Source of the DNA: Felis catus
Taxonomy: Eukaryota
Assembly: GCF_018350175.1 (NCBI RefSeq)
Contig: NC_058369.1
Location: forward strand, 19,408,001-19,472,000
Reading direction: 5' to 3'
Length of the DNA stretch: 64,000 nucleotides
Within the stretch, counting starts at the first letter, position 1; each line of letters starts with the position of its first letter. Both the position numbers and the translations under genes were made by a program. Under the pieces are notes generated by a model. The model made no database searches and was not told where the DNA came from. It worked only from the letters and a program-made list of their open reading frames with translations. Below, in pieces: positions 50,814 to 61,934 of the stretch.

Positions 50814-51028
50814 GTGTGCTGCTGGGGGAAGCTGTAGGCAGAGGCGCCGGGGGCGGCGAACAGCGGTAGCAGCAGCAGCGGCGGCAATAGCAGCAACAGC
50901 GGGCGCGGGGGCCCGGACGGCGGGCGCCGGGCGCCGGGGCCGGGCCGGGGGCCGCGGCCGGGCCAGGGGAGCGCAGTCCGCGCCGGGCCGGGCCGAGAGG
51001 CGCCGCAGGTCCGAGCCGGCACCGCCAT
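50814..51028 (-). CDS. CACNA2D2: CACNA2D2 coding exon 1 (215 nt): long N-terminal signal region of calcium channel alpha2delta-2
   Basis: Translates [71 protein letters not shown](T), recognisable as the alpha2delta-2 N-terminus. ATG in strong Kozak context (GAAAC ATG G). Ends at donor AC|GTAAGT (phase 2). Lies in a CpG island. Confidence 0.98.
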
Positions 51029-51226
51029 GTTTCCATTCAAGATGCGGCGCCGCGGGGAGGGGGGGCGGCGGCGGCGGCGGGGTGGGGGGGCGCGGGCGGC
51101 GGGCGGCAATCCGGCCTCTCCGCCTCCTCCGCCTTCGTCGCGCGGGGCTTCCGGGGCTGCACCGGCCGCAGCGCCTCTGCGGGCTGCGCGCCGCGATCTC
51201 TCCGCCGCGCTGACTCGAAGCGCTCT
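51029..51226 (-). other. CACNA2D2: Predicted 5' UTR of CACNA2D2 (TSS inferred)
   Basis: Between a TATA-like/Inr-like pair (51257, 51226) and the ATG; contains a short (CCG)5 run and one upstream AUG. The TSS position is inference. Confidence 0.5.
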
Positions 51227-54088
51227 GAGCGCCCGGTCCGGGACCGGCGCTCAAATAGCGGCCGCCGCCAACCTGCCGGCGCCGCCCTCCCCCCCCTCCC
51301 TCCCCGGCCGGCCCGCCCCCGCGCGCCCCCGCCGCGGCCACGCGCCCGCCCGTGCCCGCGCTCCCCTAGTCCCCGCGCGGCCCCGAGCCGGCTGTGCTGG
51401 CCCGCGCGGCCGAGCGGAGCCCGTGCGCGCGCGTCCTGCGCCCCAGCCTCTGGCAGACCTCCCAGTGCGCACCTCTGTGCCCTCAGCCTTGGACTCCGTG
51501 CCCCTCTCTGCGGCACCCGCGGAAGAGTTCCTGGCCCCGCGGCCCCTGGCAGGCGCGTTTGTGACCCTTCTGGGGGCTCGCGACCTTCAACAGGCTGAAG
51601 GCCTGGAGTCACAGGTTTAATGGTGGAATGGCAGACTTCAGCCAGTCTAGAGAAGAGGGCAGCGGTGCTGAAAGCACACCCCCAGTGGCTCCTGCTACCT
51701 GCAAGAATCCTGTCTCAGGGGACTTGGATCCCCACGCCCTGAGAGGAAGAAAGAGCCTGCGTCTCCTGGCTCCCTGAGCTCGAACCCAGGTCCAGTTGCA
51801 CAGTTGTGAGGGACCGAGAATGTCAGGGTGCAGCCCTCTAAAGCCACTCATTTACTTCCCTGGCCTAAGCAGGCCCAGTGTGCAGACTAGCCCCAAACCC
51901 CAGGCCCCAAGGCTTCCAGAGCCTGTATTTAGATTCCTCCAGTGCTGGGAAGCTCACTCCTGCTCAATCCAATCATTTCTTGTCCTTAGGTGCCTGGCTC
52001 CTCCCTGCTGCAGGGAGAAGGTTGGGGCTGGTGTGGCTTCTGACTCTGCAGCTTGTGGGCCTCTCAGAGCCTCAGTTTCCTCCCTGGTGAATGCTTATGT
52101 AGATGCTTAACCCCATTTCTAGAATGAAGTGAGCATGGGAGTGAATTGCTTGGTAGATTGAAACACTCTTGGTTGGGAGAGAACATCTGAGAGATTCCCC
52201 TGAAGTTGCCCCTGGAACCCTGCCCCTCCCCCTGCACAGATAGGATGGGAGAATGCTTCCTGCCAGCCAGGCTTTGGGGCAGGCCTCTATAGCAGTCACT
52301 GCCCACAGATTCTGTGCCTAAGATGAGGAATGGGGAACAGTAGCCACCTGGGCAAGAGCCCCCACTTCATGATATCTGGGTGAGCCTCCCATCACCCACT
52401 CACAAGTCAGCCTGAGGAGGACTTAATGTTGAGGAGGCAAGAATAGTGGCCCCTGGACTAAGGAGGGCAGAAGTCAGGGGCTGGAAATAAGGCTCAGGAT
52501 AACACTTACTAGCTCCCCAGTCCTGCCTGGGTTGTCCCACACCTGCCCCACCCTCACAAGCCAGGGCTTGACAAGTGGACAACTTTGAAGTTTCCCCCTC
52601 CCCTGACCTGAGTGAGGTTTGCCAACAGGCTCCAAACTCTGAGGCCCCGAAAATATTATCAGGGGAAGGCAGTATGGTAGGCCCCAAGGCCCTGACAGGC
52701 CTGGGGCCTGGTGAACAGGAGGGGCATGGTGGACTCTGGGAAGCCAAGCTAGACTAGCTCTACAGGGACAAGCGGGGCTCTCACCAAATAAGATGCCTGA
52801 TTGTGCCAGATGTCACCACCCCCACCTCTGGATAGGGCAGTCCCACTAGGCTAGACAGAATGGGGGGGGGGGAGTTCCACACAGAAAAGCCAACAAGCCC
52901 TGAGCTAACCAACCCCCTCCCAGCTCCTCCTGCTGATACCTATCTCCAGCATCTCTGTTTCCCCCATGTCCAGGGCAGGATGGGCCCATGGTGTCTTTCC
53001 CCATCTATTTGATGGATAAATGTCTGTGCGGGGCTCCAGGGAACCAGCACAAAGGGCATTAGCCTCCGGGGTGCCCTCTGGGGTTAGGTGGGAACATTCC
53101 CAGGGCAGATTCTGCAGTGGCAGGATAGGAAATTTCAGGGGCAGCCTCTCTGTCCTTCAACACCAGCATGGCAGGACTGTACCTGAAGAGTGTCCAAGCC
53201 ATCAGGCACCTGTACCCAGGCTGGGTGCTGTGAGTGGGCATTGGTAGTTGGCATTTCAGTTCTAGCCGCCACAGATGTGCACCTAATTGAGGCTGCTGGC
53301 GCAGAGGGAAAGGCGGGAGATTTTGGTTGACAGGCCGTTAAAGGAAGACAAATAAGGAGGGGAGGTAATTAAGAGTACACGGGTAGTAAGAGTTTACACA
53401 TTCCAACTTCTGAGGCTCACAACATCCTCGGTCTCCTGGCGGCTGGCTCCAGCCTCAGGTTAAAATCATGGGAGGAAAAATCAAGCCTTCCCAGGAATAG
53501 GGGGGCTTCCATGGCAGGCACATTGGTATGTTTGGCAGTAAAGGCATGGGGCTACCCACCTGGCCAGAGGTGCCTGTATTGAAAGACATAGGGTGGCAGG
53601 GGCACCTGCCTGTAGCCTGTAGAGAGGGGCCAGCCATGGCAAGGGACCTGGCAGGTGCCAGTTCTGCATGTGGGCTGAGGGGAGGTCACCTCAGCAGACC
53701 AGAAGAAACTGAGAGGTCTTTATGGAAACTCTCCTATGTGCCAAGCAAGTCTAGGCTTGTTTATGCCACATAAGGTAGGAGGAAGCCCATCAGGAATGTC
53801 TGTCCAGGACACCTGGGGTAGTAAGATCCTCACTCCAGCATGCTCACCTCCAGCCTCCGTCTCATCACCCTTTTTCACTCCATTAGCCAATAGGCTAGAC
53901 GACTCTCTGTTTTCTTTCCTCCTACGGTTCCTTCTACTAGGAACACATTCCCTCATCCCTACCCCTTGAACCCAGGATATTTATGGGCCCATAAATGCCA
54001 TTTATGCTAGGAAGCTCTCCTGGGCCCCACCTCGACTAGACAGTCCTCCCCATTCCAGTCCCCAGGGCTCTCCTATCACCACTTCCCA

Positions 54089-54090
<2 letters not shown>

Positions 54091-54125
<35 letters not shown>
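54091..54125. repeat. (AC)17 microsatellite upstream of promoter
   Basis: Perfect dinucleotide run. Confidence 0.97.
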
Positions 54126-54126
<1 letters not shown>

Positions 54127-55589
54127 CCCTCAGCCTCCACCTTGGATTCAGGAAAATACTTGCATCCCAGACTCTTGTCACACTGGAACCTGAGTCTCCC
54201 TTGTCCCTGTCACTTCCTCCACACTTCCAGGGACCCACACAGAGCCTGGCCATTGGGAGAACACAAGCATTGTTGACATAAGGACCTCTGGGTGGCATGT
54301 CCAGGAGCATGAGGTAGAGCGGTCTAGTCTGGGCATGAGAAGTGAAAGCTTTGGCATCAGATATCACAGGTGATATAGGTAAGTCACTTTGCCTCTTCTG
54401 TTTCTTTGTCCATATAATGGGAGACATGATACCCACCTGGCAGGAGCAGTCTGAAGACCCAAAGCATGTAGCACCCCGATGGCAGGACTTGGTACTCAGC
54501 AAAGGCTTAATGAAGGGAAAACACAAAGAGATTCAGGCATTCCCAGGAAGAACAGGTCCTCCTTGCTGGCAGGCAGGGAAGATTTCCTGAAAAAGGAGGA
54601 GGGATTCCAGCCTGGCCTCTCAAGATGAGCAAGAATGGATTGGGCATATTAGAGAGGGAAGGAAGGGAGACTTCCCAGAGCTGAGCATGACCTGAACCAG
54701 GACCCACCCTTCTGAGCCCCATTGACCCAGCTCTTCCTCTGCTTGTCCTGGCAAGTGGCCTTCTATAACAGGAGGCCGCCCTACCTCATTTAGCCCCCTC
54801 TGATGTGCCTATTCTTTGCCCCCTTTAGGCTGGAGTCAAAGGTCCCTAAGGGCCCCCAGCCAGGACACCCTCCATGTATGGGCTGACTGCCAGTGCTCAC
54901 ACCTGCCAGTGGCTACTTTGGCTCACTCACTAGCTCCTTGCGGACATCTAGGGATGTGATGGTCCCACACATGCCTCTCCCTGAACATGGTGCAGATGCA
55001 GCATGGCCTCCAGATGCAATCGGGCAAGGATCCCATTTCCAAAGGCATTAAGAATCCTTCAAGGATCCTCTGCACAGTTATGACCCTCAGTCTGCTTAGT
55101 GCCATTTATTGTAATAAATGGAAGGGGCTGGGGTTTAATCCATTCAGGCAGAGTAAGCTATCACTTCCTGCACATCAAAGTCAGGGCCAAGCCCTAGGTT
55201 ACAGGCTATTGGAGCCCGTAGGACCCCCTTGTTAGACAGAAGGGGAAACAGAGACCCAGAGTTGGGAGGAGATTTGCCAGAGGCCAGTCAATGATCAGTG
55301 CAGATCAGGCATGGAGCTTCAAGTCTGGAGACCTAGATTGTCATCCCATATTTGTCTCCCCAAGACCAAGAGTGACGCTAGTCACCTGGGCCTTGGTGTC
55401 CCCATCATGGCCTCTGGTATCAAGAACCCAGCACGGTTCTCCTGGGGAACCCAGGCCTCCTGGTACTGCAGTGGAAAGACCTCCATCATCACAAGGGACA
55501 CTGAACTCAGATTATTTGACTGAAAGAGGACACTAGTTAATTGGATAGGTTCTGGGAGGTGTAGAGGCTTGATCCTTGGCCCATGGGAA

Positions 55590-55870
55590 CTCCCCACTTA
55601 GTGGGGAAATATGACACAGGAAAAACACAAAGAATACCTCAAATCATGAATTATGTCCTGTGGGTGAAACAGAGCATGCGGTCACTCAGCAATGTAAGGC
55701 TTGGGTAGTCAGGGAAGGCTTGCTGGAGGAAGGGGTCGTGAAACTGGCACAGAAGAACTGGGAGGGTTGGATGGATGAGTAGCTGGAGGTGTTGGGAAGA
55801 GTGTCCGTGGCAGAGCATCTGAGCAAAGGGCTGAGGCAGGATGGAGCCAGACTTTTACATGTTGCCATGA
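55590..55870 (-). mobile_element. L2 fragment
   Basis: gtagtcagggaaggcttgctggaggaagggg...tgaaactgg...gcagagcatctgagcaaagggctgagg, a typical decayed L2 segment. Confidence 0.55.
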
Positions 55871-56319
55871 GGAGACTATCTGCCCAAGCTCCAGCTTCTT
55901 TCTCCCTGGCCCTCTTCACCAGGGGGAGGTGGGACCACAGTCCCCAGAGGGAGCTCCTGGCAGAGGCAGTGAGGCGGATGGCAGGATGGCACGCCCTCAC
56001 AGGCGGCGTGGAACAAGCCTCGGCTCAGAGGTGACGATGAGCCAGGATGTCAGAACAGCCTGTTCGCCGCTGCACTGAGATTCCAGCAGCCAAGGTGGCC
56101 TCATCCTTAGAGAACATCTTTGGTTGTGTGAGTACAGAGAAGCAGTGTCACCTTCACTGCCCAACTCCCCTTACAAAGCTCGAGTCCTCCCCACTTAGGC
56201 AGGATGGTGATGGACATGACTGCCCAGCCAGAGGGCCTGCTACCACCAGGAGTCCCTGTCTTGGTGGTTCCCATTCCCACCAGCAGCTGTTCTGGGCAGT
56301 CTGCAGTTTTCCTCAGAGA

Positions 56320-56395
56320 GATCTGGTCCAACCTTCTCCTTTTACAGATGAGGAAGTTGAGTCCCAGGAAGGGGCAGGACTTGTCTTAGGGTTGT
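56320..56395 (-). mobile_element. MIR fragment
   Basis: tggtccaaccttctccttttacagatgaggaagttgagtcccaggaagggg...acttgtc. Confidence 0.7.
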
Positions 56396-59300
56396 GGTGG
56401 GCAAAGAGACTCGGGCTGCAGGCTAAGGCCTAGGTTCTGTCCTCCGCGCCCCTCCCAGGCCCTGGGGCCTTCTCAGAACCCTTCTTGGGAGGACCCTGAC
56501 CTGAACATCTGCCCCGGGGGAGAGGAAGGCCCCTGGCACCGCCCCTGTGCCCCACATGCAGTGGTGTGTGTGGCACGTAGGCCCAGATACTGGGTTCGCC
56601 CCCTGGCCCTGGGGCCTTCATCCCACGGTGGCAAGAGAAAACGAGGACAAATAAAAGAGAGAAATTCTCTCCTCGGAAGAGCGTTAGGTGTCTGAATGGC
56701 TTCCAAATAAATAAAAATCTCCTCAGAGCCCCTGGCCAGCACTGACAGTGGCTCTAACTCTCCACGAGACATGTTTTTCTGCCTCCAGGTGGAAGTGAAG
56801 AGTGTCAGCGGTGGGCTAAGTCAGGCTCTGACGGAGGCTGCCTTCCATCACCGCCTAACGCCCCATCAGCAGAATGGCCACGGCAAATTGCCTCCTCTGA
56901 TAGCTGCCCCTCCAGGCCCTCGGAGAGTGGAGACAAGCGGGTGCTGGCCTCCCCCACCAAGACTGGGAAAGAGAAACAACCTGTCTCTAACTTGCTCATT
57001 TGCAAATGAGGGAACTGAGGCACAAAGGGCTTTGGCAACTTGATGAATGAAACCAGCAGGCCAGGGATGTGTCTCCTGAACGAGTTAGCTCTGCTCAATG
57101 TGAGCACAGTGGGAAGCCCGTTTCCTAACTGGGGTCTCTCTGAGGGCAGGTCCACGCCTCGTGCCACCCACCTTCCCCTTCCCAACAGCAGAAGGCACTT
57201 GAATGAGGGCAATAAGTACTGATGGTACATGAAGTGGCAGGAGAGATCAAGGCTAGACCCCAGGAAGTAACTCTTGGAGCAATGGGCTATGGAAACTCCC
57301 CGAGGAAAGTCCTTTTGCTTCTTCTGCTAAAAGCATCCCTTGGCTTTTGCCCTTCAACCTTTTAGTGGATTAGCTTCTGCTAGGTGGTTGACAGGAGGGC
57401 AGGACACAGATCCACCATCACTTAATTTAACTGATGGCTGCTGTTCCTGCAAGGGGCACTTAGCACTTCATTTGTTGAGCCTGGAAGATGGATGAGGCTA
57501 GGTTTACTGAAAGAGGTTGACGCTGTGGGAGGTGGCAACATGGCCCGTAGGAGCAGTGTGTTGTGAGAGGCTGGAAGGCCCCCGAGAGGCTGCCTTGTCC
57601 AATTTCATGAGGCCCCTGCTTTCCGGAGCTGGTGCTGGCACTCAGGACCCTCCCCGTGAGTTCCTTGGACACCAGGCAGGGGGGAGAAGGGAGGCTTTCT
57701 GCCAAGAACTAGTCCAGCTTTTCCATTAGCACTGGGTATGGATCTCTCCACTCTCAGAAGCACGGTGCCATCTGCAGCCCTCGCCATTCTCTCTGGGCTA
57801 GATCCTTCAGGACCACTGCCTGTTCCAGGGTCTGAGGTGAGGTGGAGCAGAGAGCAGAGAGGAGGAAGGCATGGACTTCTCTCCCTCGCAGATGGGAACA
57901 GCCTGGGGACATAGATCGCAGAGGAGCCATTCTCAGCCTGGATCTGGAATTAGCCTCAAGCATAAGTCAGGTGCACTTAGGATTCAGTAACTACCTAGGC
58001 CCTTGGAGGAGGGTATTTTCCAACCCAGTCCCCTATGAAATCTTCAGTGGCACTGACCCCAGGGGGAATGGGTGAGCCATTAGGATCTTCTGAGGAATGC
58101 TGTGTGGACTGGAGGCTACTCTGCTGTTTAGGGGGTGCAGTGGAAGCTGGTGGCACTGAAGACAGATGGGCCCAGGCCGGGAAGGCAGCAGGGCCAGAAG
58201 CTCCAGCTTCTCAGGCCACACAAAGGGGCAAACAGGCAGGGGTGTCCCTCTCCCTAGACTGGATAGAAACACTCTCCTCTCTTTCCTCTGCATGTAGTAC
58301 TGGGTTAGGCAAAGGAAGGGGGCACCTGGTCTTGATGGAAGGCACAGCTCGTGCCATGTGGCAGGAAAACAGGTGCAGGGATGGGAGTTGACTGGACAGG
58401 CAGGGCAGAGGCTGCCTTGGGATCATTGTACCCCAGGTAGACTAGCTGAGGGAGGGGCATCACAGTCCAGAAGGTGTGGGGTGGGGAAGGGGAGGTTGTC
58501 CAGGGCACAAGTGCCACAGCTGTACATGGCTTGCAAGGATTCTGGATCCCTTCCCAGCTGGGCCTGGGGTCTAGGCAGGTAGGAAACAACCTGGCTGTTC
58601 TGGAGATGACTGAGCCCCAGAATCTATTTCAAAGGATAGTAGGACCTCTGTGGACCCTTTACTCTATTTCATAAATGGGCGAATCAAATCTCAGAGATGC
58701 CATGGACTGGGACCAAAGTCACCTACTGAACAATGGCACCTCTGAGATCAGAACCCAGCCCTCTGGGTCCTTATTTGGGGCCATCCATGGTACTCTCTTG
58801 TGGTCAGAGCTGGCCCATGCTCCCATCTTGGGTGTCTGTTTTCCACTTGCTGATTAGGGTGCCAGACATCAGAGCAAGACAGGTGCCAGGGCAAATGCAG
58901 ACAAGCAGGGGGTTCCTCAGTGGCCTAGAGACAGATCCTGGAGGTCTGGGAGCCCCCAAGGCAGAGCGGAGCCCTGTCTCTGCAGAATAAGGATGTCAGA
59001 GATCTTCGCTGGACTCCAGGCAGGCAGGAGGGGATGCTTGGGAAGCTGCACCCAGGTAGGCCAGTGAGAGTTGGTGGGAGGGCAAAGAGGCTTCTGCCTG
59101 TTTGTATCCCCCCAGCTGGAAGGACTCTCGCCTGCTCCCCACCCCCATACCTACCACCACGGCCTCCCCGAGCCCAGTCTGGCAGCTCCAGAGCACCATC
59201 TTGCTGAGGTCTTAATTTCTAAATGAGCGAGGAGGAGTTTTGGAGAGGCAGAGGCGGATGGAGAGACACGCTGAGAGAGACAGAGAGACCTCGGGGAGGA

Positions 59301-61718
59301 TCAGGATGTGGACTCAGCATTTTGCAACAAGCCACTCAGGTCTTGCCTGAAGAGCTAAGCCAGCTGCCTTCGGGTGGCTGGGAGCAGGCCATGGACAGGA
59401 AAGACTGAAGATGAGTCAGGCATGGGGCAGGAGTGGGGGAGGGTGCTCAAACCTAGGGGTAGTAGGTATGCTGGGCATGCTTGGGCCCCTTAAAGGGAAG
59501 GGAATTATCAAGTGTTGACGAATGACTAAATACCTATATAATAATACATCATCTCCATTGTGCTGGGGTCTGGAGTCAGGCTTGCCATGTGACTCCTGCC
59601 AGTCATTTGGGAGTGAGGTGGACCCTGACTTCAGAACCCCATATAACCTCCTCCCAGGTTCCTGTGTTGTTCTCTACCAGCTACATGTCTCTGATTGGAC
59701 TGAGGGCTCCCCATAGGCTCCAGCCGCTCAGTGCCCCCCCACCCCCATACTCACACTGCAGCAATTCTGCTGGACACTCCAGGGCAGGTGTTGCCCATTC
59801 AGGCTGGTCTCAGAACACTGGCCTAGCTGTTCTTATAGAAAACTGGGCAAGTCTGGAATCTCCTCACCCCAGGCTCTGCTGACCCCCTCGCCCTCCAGAC
59901 CTGCTCTTGGCAGAGCCTGGGGAATGTACTTGGACCTCACTAAGACTTGCTGCATCTTCCTGGTAAAGAGGCACTGAGGGAACTCAACCTACAACTGCAG
60001 TACCCCTACTCCCAAATTTCCCTGGGGACTGAGAACCTTATGCTCCCCGTACAGAGGAAAAGGGCTTGCCCTGGATCACTCTGGCTTTCCTGTGATTTCT
60101 AAGGGAGAATTCTTGACATTTCCACTTGAAAGTGAATGAGGACCATAACCCACATGATCATTCTCCTCCCTTTCTGTCCCTCCTTCCCCACTACATACCA
60201 GGCTAGAAGGATGCCTCATTCCTGTAATAACTTTCCAAGTTGATAGCATTAGCCCCACTGAGTGGAGGAGGAAACTGAGGCTCCAGTGGTTCGGAGTGAG
60301 TTGTTCGATCTGGTCCGGAAATGGTAGAGATGGGATTGACTCCCAATCCAGTTCATCCTGGGTTGAGTCATGAGGAGTTCATTGTGATCTTTAAAAAAAA
60401 ATTTTTTTAATAAGATCTTATCTCAATATGCAAAGCTATGCACATGGGATGCAAATTAGCACTTCCTGCCCACTCCCAGGGTGGCAGTGTGGCCTTCAGG
60501 TTTGACCAACGTCTACCAGGCCTCCTCTCACTTGCTTGGGCTGAACTTCTCTGTTTGCCCCATCCAAGTCACCTCCAGGCAGGGCTTTTCAGGAAGCAGT
60601 TGGGGATCTGTTCCCACAAGGCCAGTGAGCAGACCTTGGATTCCACTGGTGAGGCTAGTGCCTCTGCCCCACCTCCTCCCCTTACCATCCATGGAGCCCC
60701 TGGCCCAGCAGAATTGAATACCTGAACTTTGGGATGTGTGAAGACAGTGACTGCTTTCTGGTGGGGAATATGGGAAGGCTTTCTGGAAATAGAGGAGAGG
60801 GCATTCCAGGTGAAGGGAACATTGGAGAACTAGTAAAAGGTGTAAAGGTAGAATCTGCTCCAGGGAAAGCCAGTGAAGCGTTTAAGGTCTGCTCTGTTTC
60901 GAGAAGTGAGCTCTCCATGATGAAAGAGCCCATTGCGCTGGAGCAGGCAAGCCAGGAGGCCAGGAGGCGGGTGGCAGAGCTGGATATCAGCTGTGGCTGC
61001 AAATCATAGGAGAAATGTCCCATGAGCACAGGGTGGAAAGGACAATCATCCCCCTGCTTGGCCTGATTCATGGCTGGGGAGGCAGCAGACATTCACTGGG
61101 CCCAGGTGACCTTGAGCTCATTACCTAATGTCACCGTGCCTCAGTCTCCTTGAAGGTAAAATGGGTTTAATAACCCCCCTCATCTTCATCTTAGAGCTGC
61201 TGGGAGGCGCTTGGGGGCTTGATCCATTGCTGAATCATAAGCATGCATGGAAGGGATGTACCCGGGGTGCCCTCCAGGCCCAGCACACCCTGAGACTGCT
61301 CCAGACAGCTTGGAACTGAGGCACAAGCCAGGGGCAGGACAGGAAGCACATTTCAGAGTGATGGGTCAGTGAGGTTGAGGCAACATGCAGAGACTTTTCC
61401 TGCAGCCACTGAGGTACACAGGGAGAGTAGAATGGCCTGTAGAGAAATGTGATAAACAGGAACAGAAGATGGGTGGCCCAGGTCAGCCTGGAAGCTTGCT
61501 TTTGTTAGAGACGGCCAGGGAAGGATCCCAGGGAATAAACAGATTTGTCCATTAAATGGGTCAGATGGGGGCTGCTGTTAAGCAGGATGGGGTCTGGAAA
61601 TCTTGTCAACCTCTCCCAGGACACTGGATTTACAACTGTCTTTTTAAGAAAAACGGAATTCATTTTAAACTAAATTTGATGCAGATCCCCCATATGACAG
61701 ATTAAAGTGGGGCTGCTC

Positions 61719-61934
61719 GGGGCACCTGGGTGGCTCAGTCGGTTAAGCGTCCAACTTCAGCTCAGGTCACGATCTCGCGGTCCATGAGTTCGAGCCCTGC
61801 GTCAGGCTCTGGGCTGATGGCTCAGAGCCTGGAGCCTGCTTCCCATTCTGTGTCTCCCTCTCTCTCTGTCCCTCCCCCATTCATATTCTGTCTCTCTCTG
61901 TCTCAAAAATAAATAAACGTTAAAAAAAATTTTT
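61719..61934 (+). mobile_element. CAN-SINE (SINEC_Fc type), young
   Basis: Near-consensus full element with perfect 17-bp TSD ttaaagtggggctgctc (61702-61718 / 61935-61951). Confidence 0.97.

Larger units (their letters stand above)
50420..51600. promoter_or_regulatory. CACNA2D2: CpG island / promoter of CACNA2D2
   Basis: Very GC- and CpG-dense stretch spanning exon 1, with GC boxes (e.g. cccgcccc at ~51312) upstream of the ATG; flanks are CpG-depleted. Boundaries approximate. Confidence 0.93.

Noticed and set aside
50219..51620. Long ORFs on both strands over the CpG island (321 aa, 287 aa, 216 aa, 197 aa, 191 aa)
   Set aside because: Low-complexity Arg/Gly/Pro/Ala translations expected from stop-poor GC-rich DNA; many begin at GTG/TTG; no recognisable domain.
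50490..51675. REST/RE1 site (cggacagcgc at ~50496, ggtgctgaa at ~51664; also ggcgctgtcc at ~39298)
   Set aside because: Only half-sites; none has both halves at canonical spacing.
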